Assembly (NCBI GenBank): GCA_026936335.1
Contig: JAPMXV010000029.1
Location: forward strand, 124,001-188,000
DNA: 64,000 nucleotides
From: Mantamonas sphyraenae STR306
Taxonomy: Eukaryota; Protista; CRuMs
Direction: 5' to 3'
The notes beneath the pieces are model-generated. The model did no database searches, was not told the origin of the DNA, and was given only the letters and a program-made list of their open reading frames with translations. Below are positions 1-11,708 of this stretch, piece after piece (the stretch's first letter is position 1; each line of letters starts with the position of its first letter). The position numbers were made by a program, and so were the translations under genes.

Positions 1-5
1 GTGGG

Positions 6-650
6 ATGGCCTTTCTGGGCACCCGATGTGAGCACAGGATGTGTCTGGACTGTGCCAGGATGGACATTGCAGCGCAGGTGGAGTCGCGGATGATGCCTCT
101 GCGCTGTCGCATGTGCTGGGCGGGTGGGAAGGGGCAGCAGAAGAAGAAGGAGGTGAGGGTGTCGACCAAGACGGCGATGAGGGTGCTGCAGAGCAAGCGG
201 GACAAGGAGGCACTGGCCAAGCTGGCATGGGATGTGCGCACAGCCAAGTGGCATGCGTGTGTGACGCCAGACTGCGAGGGCAAGGTGGATCCTGCGGTGG
301 CACGGAGACAGGGCAGCACACGATGCGAGTGTGAGCGATGTGGCAAGGCGTGGTGCCACGGGTGCAAGGTGCACTGGGATGACGACGGAAGGGGCAACCA
401 TGACTGTCGCAAGTACCAGCAGTGGGCAAGGGACAACCGACGTGGGGATGAGCTGCTGGGGATGCTGTGGCGAGGCAGTGGGTGGAGGCAGTGTCCCACT
501 TGTGGGCATGGGCTGGCCAAGGAGAGCGGATGCAACCATGTGGCGTGTGTGTGTGGCACCCATGTGTGCTACAAGTGTGGTATTGGCTTCACCAGAAGTG
601 CGGCCACGTATGACCACATGCGGGAGGCACATGGTGGGCACAGCACATGA
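6..650 (+). CDS. RBR (RING-IBR-RING) E3 ubiquitin ligase, 5'-truncated by window edge
   Basis: Partial RING1 (CEHRMCLDC...PLRCRMC), IBR (CVTPDC...CERCGKAWCHGCKVHW...HDC), and RING2/Rcat (QCPTC...KESGCNHVACVCGTHVCYKC) containing the catalytic GCNH cysteine. Confidence 0.85.
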   Translation: MAFLGTRCEHRMCLDCARMDIAAQVESRMMPLRCRMCWAGGKGQQKKKEVRVSTKTAMRVLQSKRDKEALAKLAWDVRTAKWHACVTPDCEGKVDPAVARRQGSTRCECERCGKAWCHGCKVHWDDDGRGNHDCRKYQQWARDNRRGDELLGMLWRGSGWRQCPTCGHGLAKESGCNHVACVCGTHVCYKCGIGFTRSAATYDHMREAHGGHST

Positions 651-1309
651 CGCGGGGGGGGGGGGGGGGGAGGGGGGGCAATGAAGGTGTGAGGGTGACA
701 CAAAACCATTTCAATCGTTGTTGTTGGCACAAAAGAGAAGGAGAGGGAGGGTGTTGCACAAGGGGGGAATGGGGTTGGATGGGAGTGGGGTCTTGTGTCA
801 CAAGTGGATGACATGGATGCCCAGGATGATCTGTCTTGCAAGGTTGTGGATAAATAATGGAGGATTACATGGTGTGCTGTTGTCACTTCCCTCGTCCAGG
901 GATGTGGCCCATGTGGGCATGGAACGCGGTTGTTGTCGAGTTTCAGCGGGCCTGTTCCCGATGCCGTCACTCCTCCGCTCTCGAGATGGGTGATTATGAG
1001 ATGCAGCAGGTGCAGTGTGGAGAGCAGGGGCCGTCGAATGGAACTGTCTGCTGCCATGCACCGACATGGCTTTTTGCTCGTTCAGCACGTGCCAGACCAC
1101 CTCAGACACCGTTGCAAGGCACCGTAAGCCACTCTTCCAACTCCCATGATCGTTCACATCGACATCTTGGATGGATTCAGTGCATGCGGAGCGGGCTCGT
1201 GGAGGAGAGCCGATGACGGGGTGTGGCAGGCATGGATTTGGTGAACATCAGGATTGTGCGTGCTTCATCATCAGAGACACAGTGATGGTACAGAATCCCT
1301 TCATTGGTC

Positions 1310-3423
1310 CTATGGTGTGGGCACAATGGTCATCTTGGAATTCCAGCAGCTGAAAGCAGGGTACCATGTGCCGTCAGCAATGTTGTCGATGGTGACGTCG
1401 ACATTGCCATTGCGGGAGAAGGTCAGTGTGTGGGCCGTGGTGTCCAGCTCCACCGTCACAATGTCGCCTTGTTTGAAGCGCGTGTTGATTCCGGTGTAAC
1501 TTCCATTTTGGTACAACCGTGCCGAACTGTACGAGTACCAGCTGTGGCTTCCCTGCTTGTCCCCTGTGAGCCATTTGGTGTCAGTACTCGGTGTATGGTG
1601 TCTCTGAGATGTGATGACTTACCAACAAAGGTGCTTCTGAGATCACAGGTGCTGTTGCAGATCCCGATCATGATATCGGACAATCGGTCCACTCGCACGC
1701 TCCATCGCTGTCCCGAGCGCAGCTTCTTCTTGCCAACCCATGTTGCCCATCTCCCTGCAGTCTCCTCCAGGCTGTCCTCTGTGAATGTTCCTCGGCTTTG
1801 GTCGACCCGGTCCCAATCAAGACACGGGCCTTTGAAGAAATCTCGTTTCTTGCTGTTGACTGGTTCCTGGCCCTTGCTCATGCGGTGCATATCTGCCATA
1901 CCATCCATCAACACCACCCAGTCCACATAACGCGTGACCCATTCTCCGTCCACCTTCATCCCGTACAGACGTTCCGGACTAAGCAACCCAAACCGCACAC
2001 ACCCATACATCCGCCTCTCCCACCCTTCCTCCTCCCCCTCCCCATCATGTTCCTCCACATATCTCTCCACAATCTCCAGCACATCATCCTCACTCTTCAC
2101 CTTGATCCGATCCGCACTCAAAATGAGCTCTGCCACCCACACCGGCAGCCCGCTCAGGTTCACACGCCCATTCTCCCGCAACACCTCCAGCTTCCCTGCA
2201 ATGGTCACACACAATCCTCTCACCACATCCTCACTCGCACCTGTTGCCAGTGCCGCCTTCAGCAAACCCATCTCCTCGTTATGCCAAACCCCCTCCAACA
2301 ACTCACTCAAGAACTCCACCTCCTCCGCCTCCACCATCTCCTCCACATCCACACTGTCCAAGTACCCACCCACGACCTGTGCCAGCGTCATCTTGTCCAC
2401 TCCCTCCTCCCCATGCTGCTCCAACGCCACCTTGACCATTGCCACAAACACACAGCCCCGCATAAACCCAAACGCCCCACGTGCCACCTTGCCACCACTC
2501 ACCGCATCTGCCACCATGCTCCACTCCTTTGCCACCCGCAACACACTTGCATGGTACACATTGGAGTGCACCACCTCGGCGACGCCCATGGCCCCCACGC
2601 GACTGCCCCCACGACACATCCTCACCAGTGTCTCTGCATCATGCTCCTGTCCCACCCACTGCATCACATGCTCCGTCAGCATGGGCATCAGCCAGAACTG
2701 TGCCACGGCCAACAGACTGTAACACAGCTCCACGTTGGTCACAGGCAGGGTACCGCCGTAGCACCACCCCACAGCCACTTCCATCGCACGCAACACACCC
2801 ACACTCTGTGTGCCCCGCTTCACCACCATTCGAAACATCCCTCCCCCTTGTCCATCCTCCCGGCTGTGTTCCAACACCGCTGCCCCCGATGACGCTGCTG
2901 CCCCGTCCTCAACCTCCAGCAGATACCGCCACATTCCGCTGTGCAGACACAGAAACGAACGGTGTGCACGAAGCACCACATCCTTCCCACCCAACTCCTC
3001 CCCATCTGTCGGGTAGGTGTGTCCCGTCATCATTCGTCATCCAATTTCCCCCATTTTGGTGTCAGTAACCCACAGTGTGTGTGTGTGTGTGCCACTCTGC
3101 TGCCCCCGCTTTTTGCTTTTGCTTCTCGTTTCTTCCCCTTGCTCCAACTCACCCGCCCCATCCAGTCCTTCCAGCACAATCTCCACATCGGCACACAGGC
3201 CACTCTTGTACATGTCATGAAACAGCGTGCGCACTGCCGGCGATGTGTCGGGTCCTGCCTTGCCCTGCAGCGGCGAAAGAGGGCCGTACGCCTTTGTGCG
3301 CTCCGACTGCAGGTAATGGTCAGGTCCATCTGTGGACAGACCATGCGCACTACCCATCCCATGGTTGGTGTTGCTGCTGCTGCCTGCCTTGCCCTTGCCC
3401 TTGCCCCGTGCGATTGTGCTCAT
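1310..3423 (-). CDS. BTB/POZ-BACK-SPRY(B30.2-like) protein, copy A (3 exons)
   Basis: BTB (ADVEIVL...VLRAHRSFLCLHS), BACK (IKVKSEDDVLEIVERYV...CVRFGLLS) and SPRY-like tail (WSVRVD...IGIC...GDIVTVELDTTAHTLTFSRNG...WYPAFS). GT-AG introns at ~3006-3152 and ~1564-1622 join ORF-track pieces 3037-3519, 1456-3033 and 1310-1516. Confidence 0.8.
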
Positions 3424-4013
3424 TGTCACCTCTACTGTGTGTGTTTCGTGTTGTTGTGTCACACCCGTCGCATGGCACACCCCATCCATCAACCACCACC
3501 AAGAACGCAAATCTGGCATGGGCAGTGGCGGTGGAGTTGCCTTTGTTCACTCGATTGGCAATGTGCAAGCAAAGGGGAGGGGGTGGGGTCGACTCCACAC
3601 CATTCTTCCTCGGATGCATCAAACAGAGTCATCCAATGTGGCCCACCCTTTTCCCGGTAGAGTCACAATCCGCTCTCAAGATCGTTATTGATGAGATGCA
3701 GCACTTTCAGCGTCGAGAGCAGGAGTCGTCAATGGAATTGTCTTCCGCTGTGCACCGACATGCTCGTTCAGCACGAGTCAGTCCACCACCGATACCATTG
3801 CATGTCGCAATCACCTCACTTGGCACTTTCCGCCACTTTTCAATCCCAAAAGCATCCATATCGAGATCTTGGTTGGATTCAGGGCAGGCTGAGCTGGCAC
3901 GTGGGGGAGAGCCGATGAAGGGGTGTGGCAGGCATGGCTCAAGTGACCATGGCGGGATTGGGCGTTGTTCACCATCATAGACACAGTGATGGTACAGAAT
4001 CCGTTCATTGGTC

Positions 4014-6061
4014 CTATGGTGTGGGCACAATCGTCATCTTGGAACTGTAGCAGGTGAAAGCAGGGTACCACGTGTCGTCGTCAATGTTGTCGATGACGAC
4101 GTCGACATTGCCATTGCGGGAGAAGGTCAGTGTGTGGGCCCTGGTGTCCAGCTCCACCGTCACAATGTCGCCTTGGTTGAAGCGCGTGTTGATTTGGGTG
4201 CCACTTCCATTTTCACGCGTCCATCCACTCGAGCTGTACGTGTACCAGCTGTAGCTTCCCTGCTCCTTCCCTGTGAGTCAAGTGGTGTCAGTAATCGGTG
4301 TATGGTGTTTCTGAGATGTGGTGACTTACCAACGTAGGTGTTTCTGAGATCACAGGTGTGGTTGCAGATTCCGATCCAATTGTAGGACAATCGGTCCACT
4401 CGTACGCTCCAACGCTGTCCCGAGCGCAGCTTCTTCTTGCCAATCCATGTTGCATAGAAGCCATTAGTCACATCCAGGCTGTCCTCCGTGAATGTTCCTC
4501 GGCTCTGGTCGATCCGGGACCAGTCCAGGCTTGGGACAATCGCTTCTCCAAAGTCCCGTTTCTTGCTGTGGACTGGTTCCTGGCCCTTGCTCATGCGGTG
4601 CATATCTGCCATACCGTCCAACAATACCACCAAGTCCACATACCGCGTGTCCCATTCTCCGTCCACCTGCATCCTGAACAGACGTTCCGGACTCAGCAGC
4701 CCAAACCGCACACACCCATACATCCGCCTCTCCCATCCTTCCTCCTCCTCCTCCCCATCATGTTCCTCCACATATCTCTCCACAATCTCCAGCAAATCGT
4801 CCTCACTCTTCACATCGATCCCATCGGCACTCAGAATCAACTCCACCACCCACACCGGCATTCCGCTCAGGTTCACGCGCCCATTCTCCCGAATGTCATC
4901 CAGCTTCCCTGCAATTGTCACACACAGTCCTCTCACCACTTCCTCACTCGCACCTGTTGCCAATGCCGCCTTCAACAATCCCATCTCCTCGTCATGCTCC
5001 ACGCCGTGTAACAAACCACTCAAGTACTCCACCTCCTCCGCCTCCACCATCTCCTCCACATCCACACTCTCCAAATACCCACCCACCACCTGTGCCAGCT
5101 TCCTCTTGTCCACTCCCTCCTCCCCATGCTGCTCCAACGCCACCTTGACCATCGCCACAAACACACAGCCCCGCATAAACCCAAACGCCCCACGTGCCAC
5201 CTTGCCACCACTCACCGCATCTTCCACCTTGCCCCACTCCTTTGCCACCCGCAACACACTCGCATGGTACACATTGGAGTGCACCACCTCGGCGACGCCC
5301 ATGGCCCCCACGAGACTGCCCCCACGACACATCCTCACCAGTGTCTCTGCATCATGCTCCTGTCCCACCCACTGCATCACATGCTCCGTCAGCATGGGCA
5401 TCAGCCAGAACTGTGCCACGGCCAACAGACTGTAACACAGCTCCACGTTGGTCACAGGCAGGGTACCGCCGTAGCACCACCCCACAGCCACTTCCATTGC
5501 ACGCAACACACCCACACTCTGTGTGCCCCGCTTCACCACCATTCGAAACATCCCTCCTCCCTGTCCATCCTCCCCGCTGTGTTCCAACACCGCTGCCCCC
5601 GACGACGCTGCTGCCCCGTCCTCAACCTCCAGCAGATACCGCCACATTCCGCTGTGCAGACACAGAAACGAACGGTGTGCACGAAGCACCACGTCCTTTC
5701 CTCCCAACTCCTCCCCATCTGGTGTCCCGTCATTGTCCATTCGCTGGTGTGAGCGCGGTTCAATCTCTTCCTTCCCCACTCCAAACTCACCCGCCCCATC
5801 CAGTCCTTCCAGCACAATCTCCACATCGGCACACAGGCCACTCTTGTACATGTCATGATACAGCGTGCGCACTGCCGGCGATGTGTCGGGTCCTGCCTTG
5901 CCCTGCAGCGGCGAAAGAGGGCCGTACGCCTTTGTGCGCTCCGACTGCAGGTAATGGTCAGGTCCATCTGTGGACAGACCATGCGCACTGCCCATCCCAT
6001 GGATGGTGTTGCTGCTGCTGCCTGCCTTGCCCTTGCCCTTGCCCCGTGCGATTGTGCTCAT
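4014..6061 (-). CDS. BTB/POZ-BACK-SPRY protein, copy B (3 exons)
   Basis: Near-identical paralogue of copy A. Introns at ~5719-5790 (72 nt, in frame) and ~4271-4329. Ends MTIVPTP-stop at 4014. Confidence 0.82.
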
Positions 6062-8089
6062 TGTTCCCCCACTCTGTGTGTGTTTCGTGTTGTTGTGTCA
6101 CACCGGTCGCATAGCACACCCCATCCATCCACCACCACCAAGAACGCAGATCTGGCATGGGAAGTGGCAGTGGAATTGCCTTGTTCACTCGATTGGCAAT
6201 GTGCAAGCAAAGGGGGGCCGACACCACTCCTTTCTTTCTCGGACGCAGCAAAAGAGTATGAAGTGGCCGTGCCATGCTTGCAATATGTTGTTCTGGTGCA
6301 GCCCATGTTCCAACCTGTGTCGGACAACATGGGGGAAACCCGGCATGTGGCGGGCGCTGGGCCATGGCCGAGCCAAAATTGAGCGACAATGGAAAACGAC
6401 GCTGTGTGCGTCTCAAACACATTCTTGTGTCTTGTCGCTGATACCATGGATGGCAATCACCCATGTGCGGGGTGACATTGAGCTTGGAGTCTGATGGCCT
6501 GTGCAGTGGCACGTGAGAGGCCGGGCCAAGAGCAGCACCGACACGGCGGTGGAATGGAGCAGCTGAATGGGTGCCAAATAGGGTGAAACCAACGTGGAAT
6601 GATCGCCAGGTGGAAATGAATGCAGAATCCACATGCCCAAAGAGGTGGGGAAACACTACGGGGTGGGGTGGGGCGGATGGCTTGCACAGAGAGCGAGTGA
6701 CAAATGCATTTGGCCACCCTCGGCCCCATTCCGTCAAAAGGGCAGAAAGGAAACCCAGGGATGAAATGCACAGGGCCAACCTGGTGCTTATTTGGTGTGG
6801 GAGGTTGACATGGAAGAACAGGGGAGATCAAACGGCACATGGGATGCACACGCACATGCCAGCTGCTGTTGAGCATCAGGGTGGGAGGGAAGATGGGGGG
6901 ACTCTGAGGGGAGGGTGGGCGTGGAGAAGCAAAATGGGACACAGCGTAGCTGAGGAAGACGAGGGAGAGAGGAAGGTGTTGGGAATGGATGGATTGGAGC
7001 ATGGAAAGGGGGACGGGGAAGAGGAGGATGGACAGACGCCTGGATTTGGGTGTCATGACACTTGGGTGGTGTGTGGGGAAATGGTGCAGGAAAGGATGGA
7101 TGGGGGAAGGAAGGGGAGGGAATGGAGTCAGCCTCGCCTTTTGGTTTTTGTCGGCGCCCGATGGACCAAAAGGACATGGACGGCACTGGCCAAAAAGGGG
7201 ACCCCATGAGACGCAGGTTGCCTCCATGGAGTGTGGAGGACACGGTGGAACACAGCAATGAGGACAGCGGCAGCTGGGAGGATGTGAGCGTTGGACGTTT
7301 CCGCTGTGTCGTTGGACGACGACAGGGTGGCGAGAGGAGACGCAGGAGCTGCGGGCTTTTTCTGGCAGCCCCGAACAGAACAACACACAACGATAGATGC
7401 CGCAATGCACGTGGGGACATGCACAGGCACCTCTGGACGGATGTGAACACCATGGTGGATTTGAAATTGGAATGGGAAGACAGACGAGGCAATGATGTGC
7501 AAACAATCTGTTCAATAGTCGTGGGTGGCAGCAAAGGGAGGACAAGGAGAATTTGGGTGAGTGGAAAGCAGGAAGCAGTGCAAACGGGGTGCAAAAACGC
7601 ACACGTGGAGGAAGAGGTGGGGACAACATGGGCTGGTGAGCATGCACAGGGTGCAGGGGAAGAACCGAGGGATGATGGGATGGGGAGTGTTCAGGGACGC
7701 TGGGTTGCAGGACGAAGGCTGGTGGGCGAACTGGTGAAAATCTGGCGGATTCCTGATCACTCGCTCGAATCCCCAGCACAGCACGCCACAGGTCAATCGA
7801 AACAGGGAGACACATGGGAGAGGGTGGTAAATGCATGGAATCAGTCGATGGATGTGCATGGGTTGTTCAATCGGCCGTTGTGGAGAGCAGGCACACCACA
7901 CACCTCGCAATGGCAGGAGCACTTTTCTCGGCGTGGTTTGCAGCCGGTGCGGGTGTGGACAGAGAGGAGAAAGAGATGGTTTGGGTATGGGCGACTGAGA
8001 GGGAGGGTGTCACAGACGAGGCCACTTAAGGTGCTCGGGCTTTGCCAAAGGAACTCCACATTCAAGGCCAACACTGTGGACACACATTC

Positions 8090-11000
8090 ATGTCCCGCAA
8101 GCGTAGCACAGTGGATGGAGAGGAGGAGGAGGAGGAAGTTGGTCAAATTGTGGACGCCATCCCTGCACCCAAACGTCAGCGGGTGGCCAAGATGCGAGCA
8201 TTGGCAAAGCTCACCAGCCACACCGACGACATGGCGGTGGACGACACACAGCCAAGCAGGTAGGAAGCACTGCAACCATCCATTCCCCCCCAGTCCACCT
8301 ATCCCCCGTGCTGACATGGCCAGGGTGAACCCGTGTGTGCTGGGTGTGTTTCTGACAGGTCGGCAGCCGGCGACCAGCAGCCGCAGCTGGGTGACGCAGC
8401 ACAGAGCACTGCCTCAAGTAACCCCCTTCCCCAGACACCACCCTCTCGCATGGACACCCTACTATCACAGATCCCCGTGGAGGTGTGGGAGCGCATCATA
8501 CCCCGCCTGGACGCCGGTGCCGCCCTTGCCCTCTTCTCCATCAACACACACATGGTGGACATGGGCAACCTGTACCAAGTGGACAACCAGCCACTGAGAA
8601 GCACCCTTGTGTCCACACTGGGCGAAATTGGTGGTGTGGTGGTCGAGTATGACGACAAACGACACCGGGTGCCGCGGCTGAACCGCCTCTACCTGAACAG
8701 GGCCCTGTTTGAGCTGTTTGGGGAGAACAGCGTGCCTGAATGCATGCATGTGGAGGACCTGCCACGTGTGTGTGGACGCTCCCTGCCTGCGCTGTACTGT
8801 GTGCTGCGGCGAACAACACCGGGCAACACTTGGGACGACAACGAGCTGGACGTCGTCGAGAGATGTCTCCCATTCTATGAGGCGAGGAAAGGTGTTCTGT
8901 TGGCCGCAGGTGTACCGGAGATTTTCGTGGATTCCTCGGAGATGGATGCCGTAATGGATGCGATTTACGATGGGGACAGCGGGAGGAGGTTCACAGGCGT
9001 GTGCTTGGGTGAGCCGGACTCAAAGGGACGAACACTGGCAGACGTGCCACTGTCCAACATCGCTGCACACGTGAAGTATGCAATGGAAGAGGGAGTGGAG
9101 CACACCCGTTCAGCGTTGACGCAGGTGTTGGTTGGACACGGCGTTGCGGGTGTGAAGGAAGCAATGGCAATGGGGCTGAGTGGGTGGAAAGGCATGCTTG
9201 ACTGCATTGCAGAAATGCTGCCAGAAGCCGAATGGCCCAACGCGTTGCAAGCAGTCTGTGAGTCGGAGGAGAACTTGACTCTGTTGCGGGAGTTGGAATT
9301 TGTGCTGGACAACCACGCACTGGTTGCATGTGTGTTGTCTACGCTACCTATTGAAGCTCTGGTCATGAATGTGCCAGTCGAGGCACTGGACGAGGCACTC
9401 ATCCTGATGGAGGGCGAGGAGAAGTCCATGGTTACACTTGTCAAACATTCCAAACTGCTCTACGAGGCTGCACTGAAGGAATGGGCAACGGCAAAGTGGA
9501 TTGCCCTCACACCTGAAATCGAGTCACAACTGGACAACGATGCTGTGGTACAGCTGTACCGTAGACATCCACTCCCGAACCTTCTGGCTGTTCTGGTGGA
9601 AAGGAAGGCATGGAAGGAAGCCATTGACAATGCAAGACCAGATGACGTGTTGAAAGTACTTGAAATATGTACTTGGCATGGACCTCCCGCAGGAGCATGT
9701 GCTGCGATTTCTCGAGCGTGCACAAAGAGGAAATCACCGGGAAGCGAGTGAGTGGGTGCTGAACCACCACGGGGATCAGCTGGATGAAGGCACTGTGGCG
9801 GACTTTTACAAGAAACATCCACACAAGGAAGCCATTCGGTTGCTGGTGGAACGGGAGGCATGGGAGATGGTCATTGACGTCGCCAAGCCTAGGGATCTGG
9901 TGGCGCACCTAGACAGCAAGGCCATGGTGCTTCCGAAGGAGCATGTGCTGCGATTCCTCGATCGTGCACGAGGAGATTATCGCTGGGGGACACATTCAGC
10001 CGTGAAGTGGGTGCTGGTCCACCACGGGGAACAGCTGGATGACGACACTGTGGCGGAGTTCCATTGTGCACCAGCCATCGCAATGTTGGTGGAGCGTGAG
10101 GCATGGGAGAAGGTCATTGACAAATCCAACCCTGATGCTCTTAGGGCGCACCTTAAAAGCAAGGGCATGGTGCTTCCGGACGAGCATGTGCTACGATTTC
10201 TCACTCGCGCCCTTGACAAAACGGGGTCGCATGGAGCAACTCAGGAACGCAGGGATACTTTGCTGTGGGCGGTGGAGCAGCACACGGCGCAACTGGAGGT
10301 CGAGACCATACTCGAGTGCTACAGACGTGTCCATGACGACAGGCTGTTGCCGACCATGTTGTCCAAGGACAAGTTTGATGACGACGACAGGTCATTGTGG
10401 GTGCCAGACGGGCTGAAGCGGTACGCACACGCCGAAGCCACTCGGACGAGCGTGCAAGAACGCTGGCAGCAGCAGGTGATCCGATGTGCGGGTGTGTGCA
10501 AAGAGAATGGGGCTGAGGCGTTTGTGAGTTACGTTCGGAAGTGGATGAGCAGAACAGTGAGGAAAGACCCCTGCAACGACTGGGAGGTGATGACAGTGGC
10601 CATGGAGGGGCTGGAGAACGAGGATGTGGTGAAGGTGGGCAAGCTCGTGAACGCAGAAGAGCTGGAGAAAGCGTGGGAGCCGAAGGACCTGGGCACTGAC
10701 GAAAGGTGGATGCAGCTGCTGGACGACGGGTTCCCTGTGAAGGTACTGGGGATCATGATGCCTCATATGCGCGGTGTCCGTGAGTACAGTGAAGAGCTGC
10801 ACCGGCGCATCGTCCGTGGGCTCATTGACCAAGGAATGAGGCCCGTGTTGAAGCGTTTGGTGGCGAGATGCGGTCAAACAGCTCTGAAGGAAACATGTGC
10901 GTATCTGTACGAGTTGGATAGCTCGACGGCATTTGAGAAGCTGGATGCACTCAACGAATTCAACGTCAACAAGGAGATGTTGGTGGAGCTGCTGCTGCAG

Positions 11001-11423
11001 CACAAGGATCCCGAGGTCCTGGAGGCACTGGTGTGGCGCATCCCATTCATGGTGGTGACAAAAGGGATGTATGAGGCCTTGGGAGGAGAGAAACTTGGTG
11101 AGGGGACGCAGGAGAGGTGGGACAAGGTGGAGCAATTGCGCCAGGAATGCCTTGCACAACGGGAGAACTGGGGCGAATGGGCTCGCAAGGTGCTGTCATC
11201 GTATTCTGATGATATGCTCATCCGTTGTCAAGTGCTGTTGGAGTGTGGGTACGAGTTTGGGGAGAAGGACTGGACGGATGATGTAACCAAAAGCGGAGCC
11301 AAGTTTTTGGCGTCTCTGGGGATCAGAGTGTCTGGCGGACGATATTGGAGCGCAGTACATCATGATAAGCGTACAGAGGAACTGGAATGGCTGAGGGAAG
11401 TGTACGGTGCGTTTGGAATGTAG
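8090..11423 (+). pseudogene. F-box-like repeat-protein family, copy 1 (frameshifted at ~9665-9677)
   Basis: Exon 1 (8090-8259, MSRKR...PAPKRQRV) splices in frame to 8359. F-box-like motif LLSQIPVEVWERIIPRLD. Relative to copy 2 there are 4 extra nt (gtacttgaaatatgtacttggc), splitting ORFs 8333-9751 and 9660-11423. Could be a real lesion or an assembly error. Confidence 0.7.
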
Positions 11424-11708
11424 CGGGTCATCACGCACTTGTCCGTGTGCGGCGTGTGTGGTTCGGTCTTTACAAGGGAACAGCGATTGGGACAGAATCA
11501 ATGCTGTTGCGTTGGTTCTCCCATGTTCGTTGAGTCGCTGGCTTGGTTCGCTCTTCATGGGTTGGTGTCAATGAGGGTGTGTGAGCGTCATTGTTGCTCC
11601 AGTGTGTATGCAATGCTGGGGTCGATCGCTGTGGTGTTGGGACGCGGTGGCAGCTCGGCTTTTGCCAAAGATATCCACACCCAACGCCACCATTGTGGAC
11701 ACACATTA

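Larger units (their letters stand above)
975..6250. repeat. Tandem segmental duplication, ~2.7-kb unit (~975-3610 and ~3670-6250)
   Basis: Coding and flanking non-coding sequence are both repeated, e.g. gagagccgatga...gtgtggcaggcatgg near 1205 and 3907, and gattggcaatgtgcaagcaaagggg near 3553 and 6191. Confidence 0.85.

Noticed and set aside
6250-8050. Overlapping ORFs of 200-511 aa
   Set aside because: No recognisable motifs or consistent codon pattern; treated as intergenic or unresolved.
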